DNA from: Minisyncoccota bacterium
GTDB taxonomy: Bacteria; Patescibacteriota; Minisyncoccia; Phycocordibacterales; Zambryskibacteraceae
Reading direction: 5' to 3'
DNA: 64,000 bases
Assembly (NCBI GenBank): GCA_020059045.1
Contig: JAGVCW010000021.1
Location: 27,821 to 91,820, forward strand
Position numbers and translations under genes: made by a program. The notes under the pieces are model-generated. The model saw nothing but the letters and a program-made list of their open reading frames with translations, did not search any database and was not told the origin of the DNA. Positions 10,187-18,532 of this stretch are shown here, in pieces. How positions within the stretch are numbered: the stretch's first letter is position 1; each line of letters opens with the position of its first letter.

Positions 10187-11155
10187 TTATACTGTATCAA
10201 GCACAGCTTGTATCTCTGCGGCCAGTGCATTGGCTTCAGCCGCGTCTCTACTCTCATTTTCCTCAAGTTGAGCAGAGTCAACTGGTACTTCTCCAGGCAG
10301 AAGTGCAAGTTCAGCAAGTCGCAAAGCACCCTCTCTACTCTCGGCTACGATTAGGTATCGGTTTTGGTGGCAAAACACGGCATCTCCTACCCCGGTGATT
10401 TCCTGAAGTTCAAGACCTCTCATACCTGCCCACTCTCTTGGTAACAAGCGAGGCGAAGTTGTATCAGTAGCTCTGTGCCAGCGTTTCACTGTCTGTACGA
10501 GCCAGCCGACCCTTTTGGGGTACACGACGAGGACTATTTCTGGGAAGTTTCTACTTACGTAGTGATCCCAACGGCATGAGTCATCAAGGAGTAAAACCTG
10601 TGGGCTTAAGTGCTTCTCTACAGCTCTCTTGACCACCTCTTCTCCTCGAATCTCTTCTTTTGCGCGGAAGATTGCACCACTTATGTTTGCTCGTGCAAAC
10701 GCAAGAGCAATATCCCAGTCACTTGGCTTAAATGTAGCTACTGCACTTGAAATGCTGTATGGCCGGATTTCACCAGCTTTGTATCTTACCAGAGTATACC
10801 TGTTGTCTGCCGCATCTATGGGTATAACCATGTGCCTCTCAATTTCTTCAGCTATCCGAGTGTCTTGAGCAATTCGCAGTCCGAAATGTTTCCATACAAG
10901 ACCGAAGGCAGCGTATGGAACACCATTTGCTCGTCTACCAGCACCTCCTTGCATATGGTGATCGAAGTCTAGAGTTTCTGGGTTGTACACTCCTCCTACA
11001 TCAATACGTACATTGCTTTCAGCTATTACTCTTGGATCGCGGCTACGCACCACAAGAGCTTCCATGTATTCCGGAAGCAATTGTAAGGCCGCGATCGCGT
11101 ACACCTCGTCTGCATGGATGGGTCCGTCGTGGGTCACAATTTGCACAGACAACAC
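10187..11155 (-). CDS. MYG1/UPF0160-family metal-dependent hydrolase-like protein
   Basis: N-terminal VTHDGPIHADEV matches the GTHxGxFHxDE signature. IDVGGVYNPETLDFDHHMQ matches the DVGG...FDHHQ signature. Length 322 aa. Intermediate GC, antisense to the ribosomal operon. Confidence 0.7.
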   Translation of the reverse strand: MLSVQIVTHDGPIHADEVYAIAALQLLPEYMEALVVRSRDPRVIAESNVRIDVGGVYNPETLDFDHHMQGGAGRRANGVPYAAFGLVWKHFGLRIAQDTRIAEEIERHMVIPIDAADNRYTLVRYKAGEIRPYSISSAVATFKPSDWDIALAFARANISGAIFRAKEEIRGEEVVKRAVEKHLSPQVLLLDDSCRWDHYVSRNFPEIVLVVYPKRVGWLVQTVKRWHRATDTTSPRLLPREWAGMRGLELQEITGVGDAVFCHQNRYLIVAESREGALRLAELALLPGEVPVDSAQLEENESRDAAEANALAAEIQAVLDTV

Positions 11156-11368
11156 CTCAAAATGGGAGTGAAATGCTTCTATAACAAAGGGCAGTACAAA
11201 ATACAGAGTACATATTTTTAGAAAATAGTCAAGATTTGCTAGATTTGCAATAAGTCTATGAGTTTATGGGTATTAGTTATTTTCTCACAATATAAGTGCT
11301 TATTTACTCCCAAAATATGGCCTAAGATAGCCCTTTTTGGGGATTTATGTAATTTAAATCAAAAAGTT

Positions 11369-11397
11369 CTTGACAAATAAATTGTATATGTTATACT
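11369..11397 (+). promoter_or_regulatory. Sigma70-like promoter, TTGACA-16-TATACT
   Basis: CTTGACAAATAAATTGTATATGTTATACTA upstream of the high-GC ORF. Confidence 0.45.
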
Positions 11398-11479
11398 ATA
11401 GGTAGTAGTAAGTAGTACATTTCAGTTGCAGTTCCCCGTTCAAGGTAGTCCACTCAGCACACCTTATGGAGGTATTACC

Positions 11480-12199
11480 ATGGCTAGCAAGAAGAAGCAG
11501 CAGGTAGCAACGAGCCCGGTTCCCAGCATGCAGGCCGCGGTTGCCACGATGGCGGAAGAGGCTCCCGCCGAGAGCAGGCAGTTCTCTTCGAGCCAGCCGA
11601 AGTGGTCCCCGACTCAGTTCATTGAGACCCTGGGGAAGATCAAGGAAGAACTCCCGGCCGCCGTGTCGAACTTCAAGATCGTGAAGAAGATCGTGGGTCT
11701 CGAGATGGACGGCAAGGATGAGATGGCCTTTCGGCAGATGATTCAGCTCGCCGGGGCCGTTGCTACCAAAGCATCCCAGAAGGCGGACGCGGAAGACCCA
11801 TCAAAGGTGTATCTGGATGCCAGGAAGGTCCAGGCTGCGCTCACCGCATGTGAGCGTGCCAATTCCAATCTGGCACGCACCTTCGACAGGTACATCGGGA
11901 ACTGGCGGAAGCGGGCTGACACCATGATGTCGAACGCAAGGCGCAAGGACCCGGACGTGATCGAGCGCGAGAGTGACACAATCGCGGACAACATGGAGGC
12001 ACTGGATGAGGCACTTGAAGGAAAGAAGCCTCGTCAAGAGGTCCTCGAGATCTACAACAGGACCTTCACCCATCTTCGCGAGCTCTCAAAGGAAGCAACG
12101 GCGCTTGCTACTGAAGCTTCGAGGAGAGAGCAGATCGAAACGATCGGCTCACTCGGGGACGACATCCTCGACTCTCTCGCGGAACTCGACAGCATCTAA
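11480..12199 (+). CDS. High-GC hypothetical alpha-helical protein
   Basis: Probable start MASKKKQQ at 11480. About 60% GC with strong GC3 bias, very different from the flanking r-protein genes. No recognised domain. Confidence 0.55.
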   Translation: MASKKKQQVATSPVPSMQAAVATMAEEAPAESRQFSSSQPKWSPTQFIETLGKIKEELPAAVSNFKIVKKIVGLEMDGKDEMAFRQMIQLAGAVATKASQKADAEDPSKVYLDARKVQAALTACERANSNLARTFDRYIGNWRKRADTMMSNARRKDPDVIERESDTIADNMEALDEALEGKKPRQEVLEIYNRTFTHLRELSKEATALATEASRREQIETIGSLGDDILDSLAELDSI

Positions 12200-12217
12200 G
12201 TGCTGCGAGCAGTAGTA

Positions 12218-12258
12218 CCCCACGAAAAACCCCCAAGGTATCGTGGGGTTTTTCTTTT
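12218..12258 (+). terminator. Rho-independent terminator
   Basis: CCCCACGA-loop-TCGTGGGG followed by TTTTTCTTTT. Confidence 0.6.
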
Positions 12259-12472
12259 ATTGCAATTGCGGAGAATACCATGACAGCTAGGCTGCATGGG
12301 ATGAATCCGCAAATACATACTATATGTCGGCGGAGCCGACTCCTCTTGCAACAAAGTTTGCCCTGATGCCTCGTCCTGCTACTCGCCGAGGCTTTGCGAG
12401 GGAATAGCTTACTGCGATTATAGGACGAGGCCAATTTTATTAAGATAATAATCTTTCCTGTATAATTTATAT

Positions 12473-13441
12473 ATGGAATACAAAACTATTATTTTGCCTA
12501 CTAGGCCTCAGGTGGATACTGTTATTTCTATATTCGTATTAAAGCACTTTGGTGAAAGTTTCTTCCCTGGTATTAAGACTGCTAGCTATGAGTTCATGTC
12601 CAACTTACCAGCTGGTGCGAGCGAAGAGAGCTTGGCAGAGGAAGGAAGGCTCCCAATAGATATTGGTGGTGGACGATTTGATCATCACAACAAAGAGGAG
12701 AAAACCACTGTTCTAAATCTTTTGACTAGCTTTCTTGCTCAAGGGAATAATCCTGCTTTAATAAAACTCAAGAAGTTTGTAGAAAGAGATGATTTTTATG
12801 GTAAAGGAATAATATCCTCTGACCCCCTTGATCGTGCTTTCGGTTTGCCCGGGCTTATTGCTTGTCTTAATAAAAAGTATTCAAGTAACCCAGCGAAAGT
12901 GCTGGATATAATTCTTCCAGTTGTTGATGCGTACTACGAAGAAGAAGAGAAGAGGGCAATAGGAATGCCTCTTGAACTTAAGGAGAAAATAGCAAATGGT
13001 AAAGCTAGAGTATTTAATACAGAGCAGAGAGGCAGAAAACTTAAATGCATTTTCATAGAAAGCGATAACATAAGTCTACCGGGTTTTCTTCGATCTAAGA
13101 TTGGAGGGGAGCACGATGTGATTGCAATAAGGCTATCGTCTGGACACACAAATATTCTTACGAGTCTCAAAAATACAGTTGATTTGCGTTCACTCGCAGT
13201 GCTTATTCGCTTACAAGAAGCCGAGGCGCGAGGTGTGAAGCTAGATGGAGTGCCGGAAGATTTAGCAGTACCGGGTAAAATCGATGAAGTACTTAATTGG
13301 TACTACGATACAGCTACTAACTCTTTACTAAATGGTGGTCCTAATCCAAGTGAGACCGACCCAACGGGAATAGCATCTTTCGAATTTGAAAAAATAATGG
13401 AAATAGGGCTCTCTGAGAAACTCTGGTCTCCATCACGATAA
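12473..13441 (+). CDS. Degenerate MYG1-like paralog, or DHH-motif protein
   Basis: 322 aa, the same length as the minus-strand MYG1-like protein. Retains IDIGGGRFDHHNKEE, comparable to IDVGGVY..FDHH. The N-terminal His/Asp signature is replaced by TRPQVDTVIS. Low GC. Confidence 0.5.
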   Translation: MEYKTIILPTRPQVDTVISIFVLKHFGESFFPGIKTASYEFMSNLPAGASEESLAEEGRLPIDIGGGRFDHHNKEEKTTVLNLLTSFLAQGNNPALIKLKKFVERDDFYGKGIISSDPLDRAFGLPGLIACLNKKYSSNPAKVLDIILPVVDAYYEEEEKRAIGMPLELKEKIANGKARVFNTEQRGRKLKCIFIESDNISLPGFLRSKIGGEHDVIAIRLSSGHTNILTSLKNTVDLRSLAVLIRLQEAEARGVKLDGVPEDLAVPGKIDEVLNWYYDTATNSLLNGGPNPSETDPTGIASFEFEKIMEIGLSEKLWSPSR

Positions 13442-13469
13442 GCCAAATACCCTTTATATTAGCCACGTA

Positions 13470-13520
13470 ATGGTCTATAAAAATCCTTGACTTTTATAGA
13501 CCATTATGCTATTATTATAC
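13470..13520 (+). promoter_or_regulatory. Promoter with an embedded perfect palindrome (operator-like)
   Basis: TGGTCTATAAAAATCCTTGACTTTTATAGACCA, then TTGACT-17-TATTAT. The palindrome arms flank the -35 box. Confidence 0.4.
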
Positions 13521-13564
13521 AAGAACAGCAGTTTCACACACCGACCCTTTCACAAGGAGTTTGC

Positions 13565-14155
13565 ATGGTAAAAAGCAAGGAAGTCGTCGACCCCGCATTT
13601 GTCGGAGAAGTGGAAGCGGCGCTCGTGTACCTCACGGTGCCCGGCAATCTGAAGTATCTTATACCCGGGTGGGTAAAAGAGGCGGACTTCTCGAATACTC
13701 CAAAGTCCGAGCGCCAGATGGCCCCACGATCCGATAAGTTGTTCCAAGTTGCACAAGCGAGGATGGATGGGGTGCTCGGGGATCTTGCCGGCGCTGGTTT
13801 CCTCCCCTCTGAAGTGTTTTATCTGAATCGGGATGGTGGCGCGCGGCGGGTTCGTATCACATGCAAGCGCTTTGGCGCACCGCTGACACTCGATCAGGTG
13901 CAGTCTCTCATTCCCCTCACTACCGAGCGGATATGGGATGTGATGGCTCATCGGACGGCTGCTACCAGGAACATTCCATGGGAGCACATTTCGATCAATG
14001 CCGGACGCCCCGATCATGCTCCAGAAGGGGGATTCGAAGCGGTTCGCGTGGTCGAAGGTCGAGTCTCGGTAGTTTCCCTTCTCAACACGGACGAGCTGCG
14101 GAAGGCGTCTGAGTCCATCATCGGCCTCCTCGAATCGCTGCAGATAACACGCTAA
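13565..14155 (+). CDS. High-GC hypothetical protein
   Basis: Start MVKSKEV. GC3-rich. The plus frame is more protein-like than the overlapping minus-frame ORF. Confidence 0.5.
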   Translation: MVKSKEVVDPAFVGEVEAALVYLTVPGNLKYLIPGWVKEADFSNTPKSERQMAPRSDKLFQVAQARMDGVLGDLAGAGFLPSEVFYLNRDGGARRVRITCKRFGAPLTLDQVQSLIPLTTERIWDVMAHRTAATRNIPWEHISINAGRPDHAPEGGFEAVRVVEGRVSVVSLLNTDELRKASESIIGLLESLQITR

Positions 14156-14184
14156 TCCTCCTTGCGATAACAGGGGGGTCAACG

Positions 14185-14215
14185 AGCCAGACAGAAATGT
14201 CTGGCTCTTTTCTAT
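14185..14215 (+). terminator. Rho-independent terminator
   Basis: GCCAGACA-gaaa-TGTCTGGC followed by TCTTTTCT. Confidence 0.6.
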
Positions 14216-14219
14216 TTAA

Positions 14220-14246
14220 TTGACAACAAGTGTCTATTTCTATAAT
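14220..14246 (+). promoter_or_regulatory. Sigma70-like promoter that restarts the operon before rpsS
   Basis: TTGACA at 14220-14225, a 15 nt spacer, and TATAAT at 14241-14246. Confidence 0.45.
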
Positions 14247-14349
14247 ATCTTGAGAAGCTCATCCGAGCTTTTTGTATTCTAATTTTAGTTTTAGTAGCTG
14301 GGCAGGAGTAACCCTTCGACGAGCTCAGGGTAAAAATCTAAAGATTTTT

Positions 14350-14709
14350 GTGACACGATCATCAAAAAAAGGCCCCTATGTATATGAGCGCCTTCTGAAG
14401 AAAATTGAAGGCAAAAAGCCCGAGCAAGCTGGGGTTATTAAGACATGGGCAAGGGACAGCCAGATCGCTCCCGAGATGGTTGGCTACACATTTGGAGTAC
14501 ATAATGGTAAGGATCATATTGAAGTTTTTGTAACTGAAGACATGGTGGGTCATAGACTCGGCGAATTCTCACCTACACGTAAGTTCGTTAAACATGGCGG
14601 TAAGATGCAGAAAGAACTTGAGCAGAAGAAGAAAGAATCAGAAATAGCATCTGCTCAAGCGGCCAAAGCCTCTGTAAGTGCAGGAGCAAATACAGTACCG
14701 GCGAAGTAG
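14350..14709 (+). CDS. rpsS: Ribosomal protein S19 (probable GTG start)
   Basis: [13 protein letters not shown]...[31 protein letters not shown]. The ORF track opens at 14272, but the S19 N-terminus aligns from the GTG at 14350. Confidence 0.85.
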   Translation: MTRSSKKGPYVYERLLKKIEGKKPEQAGVIKTWARDSQIAPEMVGYTFGVHNGKDHIEVFVTEDMVGHRLGEFSPTRKFVKHGGKMQKELEQKKKESEIASAQAAKASVSAGANTVPAK

Positions 14710-14813
14710 CTTAAATGTTCTAAGTGTTGTATGTGTTATACATGTCATACAACTTCAACAATTCAAACAAATAAAACAACTAGAACATCTATAACAATTA
14801 AAACCGCGAATTT
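14710..14813 (+). repeat. Intergenic hairpin element, family A, copy 2
   Basis: AAATGTTCTAAGTGTTGTATG...CATACAACTTCAACAATT...AACAACTAGAACATCTATAACA. Confidence 0.6.
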
Positions 14814-15212
14814 ATGAGCGAAATAACTGCACAACTAAATGATTACAGACAGGCACCTCGTAAGGTGCGAGTTGTTGCAGGTCTTGTAAGAGGCAAGTCG
14901 GTCAAAGATGCTTTGGTGTCACTTGAATTTTTGCCTAAGCGTGCAGCAGATCCAATCTCAAAGCTTATAAGATCAGCGGTTGCAAACGCTCGATCTCAGA
15001 ACATTGAAACCGAGAATCTTATTCTAAAGGAACTACGTGTAGACGGAGGAAAAATATTATATCGAAGACGCAGCGCATCCCGCGGCCGAGCACCAGCTAT
15101 ACGAAAGAGGACAAGCCACATTCTCGTTGTCTTATCGGAAGACACCAAGAAGAAGTTGAAAAAGCAAAATGCAAAAAGTAAAAGTAATTCAGACGTAAGC
15201 GCTAAAAAATAA
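14814..15212 (+). CDS. rplV: Ribosomal protein L22
   Basis: RQAPRKVRVVAGLVRGKSVKDALVSLEFLPKRAA. Confidence 0.9.
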   Translation: MSEITAQLNDYRQAPRKVRVVAGLVRGKSVKDALVSLEFLPKRAADPISKLIRSAVANARSQNIETENLILKELRVDGGKILYRRRSASRGRAPAIRKRTSHILVVLSEDTKKKLKKQNAKSKSNSDVSAKK

Positions 15213-15248
15213 TTTTAAATTTTGATTTTTAAATTTTAATTTATATTC

Positions 15249-15929
15249 ATGAGTCATACAGTTCACCCATTTTCACACAGACTAGGTATCATAAGAGATT
15301 GGAGATCTCGATGGTTTGGTACAAAGAAGAATTACAAAGAATTTCTTCGCGGTGATCTTTTGATACGAGCATTTCTAGAAGGAAAGCTTCGTGGTATGTA
15401 CGTAAGTACTATTGAAATCGAGCGTAATGAAAAAGTTCTGCGCATTATAGTTGAGACTTCTCGACCCGGTATGATCATTGGTCGTAGTGGCGATGGAGCA
15501 GTCCGGCTCAAAGACCAGATCGTAGCCATGCTTCGCCGAGAGAAGGTGGGTCGTGCTAACGAAGAGGTTCGTCTCGATATTAAGGAGGTTAGATCTCCAG
15601 AATCAAATGCTCACATTGTTTCTCAGATGATAGGAGAGGGACTTGAGAAAAGACTTCCATACAGAAGAGTTGTGAAGCAAATGGTAGAAAAGGTTATGGC
15701 CAATCGTGATGTGAAAGGGGTAAAGGTAACTGTTGCAGGAAGACTCGGGGGCGCAAGTATTGCACGATCAGAGACAAGAAAGCTTGGTAGAATTCCTCTT
15801 CAGACATTTCGTGCTGATGTAGAGTTCGCACGGCACGAAGCTCGTCTCCCATATGGCAATCTGGGTATAAAAGTTTGGATTTACAAAGGTGACATTTTCT
15901 CCACCAAGGTTGGTGGAGAAAAGTCATAA
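15249..15929 (+). CDS. rpsC: Ribosomal protein S3
   Basis: HPFSHRLGIIRDWRSRWF...IIGRSGDG (KH domain). Confidence 0.9.
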   Translation: MSHTVHPFSHRLGIIRDWRSRWFGTKKNYKEFLRGDLLIRAFLEGKLRGMYVSTIEIERNEKVLRIIVETSRPGMIIGRSGDGAVRLKDQIVAMLRREKVGRANEEVRLDIKEVRSPESNAHIVSQMIGEGLEKRLPYRRVVKQMVEKVMANRDVKGVKVTVAGRLGGASIARSETRKLGRIPLQTFRADVEFARHEARLPYGNLGIKVWIYKGDIFSTKVGGEKS

Positions 15930-15947
15930 TTGTTCTACTTGTTATAG

Positions 15948-16325
15948 TTGTTCTATATGTCAGAGAGATTTCAAGGATATAGGTTTGAAAAATTGGAAGT
16001 TTGGCAGGTGGGAATGCGTATAGTAAGTAAGGTATATTCAATTACGAAAAGGTTTCCTAAAGACGAGACCTACGCCCTGTCTGACCAGTTAAAAAGAGCA
16101 GCCACTTCGATAGTTTTAAACTTGGCAGAAGGCTCAGGACAGCCAACAAAAAAGTTATTCTCTCTTTATATTGAACGTGCCAAGTCCTCAACACTTGAAT
16201 GTGTGGCTTGTACAAAAATTGCTGTTCAGGAAAAACTTGTAGAACCTGATGAGGTTAAATCTTTGGAAGAGCTACTTGCGGAAGAGTATTTTAAACTTAT
16301 TGCGCTAGCAAAATCTATGAGGTAA
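15948..16325 (+). CDS. Four-helix-bundle protein (23S rRNA intervening-sequence protein / Avd-like family)
   Basis: FPKDETYALSDQLKRAATSIVLNLAEGSG is the hallmark of this family. About 120 aa. Inserted between rpsC and rplP. Confidence 0.7.
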   Translation: MFYMSERFQGYRFEKLEVWQVGMRIVSKVYSITKRFPKDETYALSDQLKRAATSIVLNLAEGSGQPTKKLFSLYIERAKSSTLECVACTKIAVQEKLVEPDEVKSLEELLAEEYFKLIALAKSMR

Positions 16326-16396
16326 GATCTTCCTACTCTAGCTTGTAACCTATCTAACACCTATAACAACTAGAACATATATAACACTTACAACCA
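16326..16396 (+). repeat. Intergenic hairpin element, family A, copy 3
   Basis: ...ACCTATAACAACTAGAACATATATAACACTTACAACC before the rplP ATG. Confidence 0.55.
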
Positions 16397-16813
16397 ATGC
16401 TTTTCCCAAAAAAAGTAAAATATCGAAAATGGCACACTATGCGCAAGAACCCCAAGAAGGTGGGTTCTGCTACTCGTGGTATAGAAGTTAACTTCGGATC
16501 CTATGGTCTGAAAGCTCTTGAGTATGGCCGTATTAAGTCGAACCAGATTGAGTCAGCAAGAAAGGTTATGTCTCGCTCACTCGGAAAGACTGGCAAGATT
16601 TGGATCAGGATTTTCCCAGACATGCCATACACAGCGAAACCTGCCGAAGTTAAGCTCGGTAAAGGAAAAGGTGATCTCCAAGGTTACGTCGCTCCAGTTC
16701 ACGCAGGCAGAGTACTTTTTGAAGTAGATGGAGTAACGGAGGCTGTGGCAAGAGAGTCGCTCCGTAAAGCAGGAACAAAGCTACCAGTGAAAACAAGGAT
16801 AGTGGCTAGGTAA
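16397..16813 (+). CDS. rplP: Ribosomal protein L16
   Basis: KKVKYRKWHTMRKNPKKVGSATRG...RIFPDMPYTAKPAEVKLGKGKG. Confidence 0.9.
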   Translation: MLFPKKVKYRKWHTMRKNPKKVGSATRGIEVNFGSYGLKALEYGRIKSNQIESARKVMSRSLGKTGKIWIRIFPDMPYTAKPAEVKLGKGKGDLQGYVAPVHAGRVLFEVDGVTEAVARESLRKAGTKLPVKTRIVAR

Positions 16814-16903
16814 ATAGCGCTTGTTGTAAATGATGTATATGTTCTAAGTGTCTGACAAATACAACATCTACAACATTTAAAAACATTTACAACAAAATAT
16901 AGT
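16814..16903 (+). repeat. Intergenic hairpin element, family A, copy 4
   Basis: TTGTTGTAAATGATGTATATGTTCTAAGTGTCTGACAAATACAACATCTACAACATTTAAAAACA. Confidence 0.6.
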
Positions 16904-17095
16904 ATGTCTAAGGAACTCAAAGAAAAAAACGAAAAGGAATTAAGTAAAATGCTTGCGGATAATCAAGAGAATTTACGCTCTTTTCGATTTGGTATCGCAG
17001 GTTCGAAGAATCGCAATGTGAAAGAGGGACGGGCAATTCGCAAAGACATTGCAAGGATCCAAACTGAGATGAGTGCTCGCAAGAAGGCTAAATAG
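16904..17095 (+). CDS. rpmC: Ribosomal protein L29
   Basis: 63 aa. KELKEKNEKELSKMLADNQENLRSFRF. Confidence 0.85.
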   Translation: MSKELKEKNEKELSKMLADNQENLRSFRFGIAGSKNRNVKEGRAIRKDIARIQTEMSARKKAK

Positions 17096-17142
17096 ACAAG
17101 AGTCTGAAAATATGTAGTATAAACACACTAACTTATAGAGAG

Positions 17143-17382
17143 ATGAGTGCAATATCCACAAAAAATAAAGAATTTACAGGTACAGTAGTGTCAGACAAAA
17201 TGAAAGACACGATTGTTGTTAGTGTGGAGAGGTTTACGAAGCACCCTCGTTACGGCAAGTACATCCGAAGCCGTCGTAAGTTCAAGGTTCACGATGTAGG
17301 AAATACGAAAAAGATTGGAGAAAAAGTAGTATTCATTGCTTGTCGCCCAATTTCAAAAGATAAGAGATTCAGAGTTATTTAA
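17143..17382 (+). CDS. rpsQ: Ribosomal protein S17
   Basis: FTGTVVSDKMKDTIVVSVERFTKHPRYGKYIRSRRKFKVHD. Confidence 0.9.
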   Translation: MSAISTKNKEFTGTVVSDKMKDTIVVSVERFTKHPRYGKYIRSRRKFKVHDVGNTKKIGEKVVFIACRPISKDKRFRVI

Positions 17383-17558
17383 GGAGCTTGGCGACTATAA
17401 ATAACCTGACCCCCCATCATTTTTAACAATGAAACCTGAAACATTAAAAAAAGATATTGAAAAACATTTCTATTATAGTATCCGATGAAACATATTTTAA
17501 AAATGATGAGGGATGGTGATTTTCAAAAACTCACTATCGCTCGTTAAGAAAATCAACC
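17383..17558 (+). repeat. Intergenic palindromic element, family B, copy 3
   Basis: Internal inverted repeat CCCCCCATCATTTTTAA / TTAAAAATGATGAGGGATGG. Ends CTCACTATCGCTCGTTAAGAAAATCAACC directly before the rplN ATG. Confidence 0.65.
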
Positions 17559-17930
17559 ATGATCCAACCCCGCTCAATAGTAAAAATAGCAGACAACTCA
17601 GGCGCCAAAATCGGTAGAGTTTTCAAGGTGCTTGGTGGGTCTAAGAAGAGATACGCACGTATTGGTGATGTGGTGGTATTGTCGGTTCAGGTAGCACAAC
17701 CTAGAAAGTCAGTGAAAAAGAAAGACATTTTGTACGCGGTGGTAGCACGTCAGAGAACACCATTTCGCAGACAAGATGGTTCCTACATTCGTTTCGATGA
17801 GAATGCAGTGATAATTGTTGATAAAGCAAAGCACGAGCCTATCGCAGGACGTGTTTTCGGACCGATCCCAAGAGAGCTTGGCGAGATGGGATTCCAGCAG
17901 GTAATATCATTAGCACAAGAGGTAGTTTAG
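17559..17930 (+). CDS. rplN: Ribosomal protein L14
   Basis: MIQPRSIVKIADNSGAKIGRVFKVLGGSKKRYARIGDVVV. Confidence 0.95.
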   Translation: MIQPRSIVKIADNSGAKIGRVFKVLGGSKKRYARIGDVVVLSVQVAQPRKSVKKKDILYAVVARQRTPFRRQDGSYIRFDENAVIIVDKAKHEPIAGRVFGPIPRELGEMGFQQVISLAQEVV

Positions 17931-18149
17931 AAAATCAAGGAGTGAAACGACTATGATTTACTTAACCCCACCTAAATTTTGCATCGAAGACAGAAGCGCA
18001 GTGCGCGGCCGAGTAGGCCAAGCGGTCATGGGCGAAGCGCTGCGCCTCGAAAGGTTTGTGACTATTCGTCACTCGCACTTCTTGTGGTAATGTAAAAGCA
18101 AAATTTAGGCGGGGTCATGATTTTCCAATCGCTCCGCTCAAAAAAATCA
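17931..18149 (+). repeat. Intergenic palindromic element, family B, copy 4
   Basis: Near-perfect 29 bp inverted repeat (ATGATTTACTTAACCCCACCTAAATTTTGC / GCAAAATTTAGGCGGGGTCATGATTTTCC) around a GC-rich hairpin. Ends CAATCGCTCCGCTCAAAAAAATCA directly before the rplX ATG. Confidence 0.7.
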
Positions 18150-18455
18150 ATGAAAATAAAAAGGGATGACAACGTAATAGTGATAGGAGGCAAGGACAGA
18201 GGCAAAACTGGTAAAGTTTTGCGTGCTTTTCCTCGTGAATCGAAAGTTGTCATCTCGGGCGTAAACTTGAAAAAACTTCATAAGCGTCCCACAAAATCCG
18301 GGCAGAAGGGACAAGTCGTTGAGCAAGCTGCACCCATACATGTATCAAATGTTATGATTGTGGATCCAAAATCTGGGAAGAGAACAAGAGTTCTACGCAA
18401 GATGGAAGGAGACAAGAAAGTCAGAGTAGCAAAAAGTAGCGGCACCACGCTGTAA
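18150..18455 (+). CDS. rplX: Ribosomal protein L24
   Basis: MKIKRDDNVIVIGGKDRGKTGKV (KOW motif). Start set at the conserved leader/ATG junction. The ORF track begins at 18117. Confidence 0.85.
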   Translation: MKIKRDDNVIVIGGKDRGKTGKVLRAFPRESKVVISGVNLKKLHKRPTKSGQKGQVVEQAAPIHVSNVMIVDPKSGKRTRVLRKMEGDKKVRVAKSSGTTL

Positions 18456-18532
18456 AGTTATAAATGTTGTAATTGTTGTAGTGTCAGACATTTATAACAT
18501 CTACAACATTTAGAACAATTTCAACATACAAA
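18456..18532 (+). repeat. Intergenic hairpin element, family A, copy 5
   Basis: ATAAATGTTGTAATTGTTGTAGTGTCAGACATTTATAACATCTACAACATTTAGAACA. Confidence 0.6.

Noticed and set aside
13550-14182. 210-aa minus-strand ORF overlapping the high-GC gene
   Set aside because: It lies antisense within a 60% GC region where long spurious ORFs are expected. Its composition (R/P/H/W/C-rich) is un-protein-like, while the plus frame shows GC3 bias.
15948-16325. Diversity-generating retroelement suggested by the Avd-like four-helix-bundle gene
   Set aside because: There is no reverse transcriptase ORF anywhere in the window. No template/variable repeat pair with A-to-N mismatches was seen. The same protein family also occurs without DGRs.
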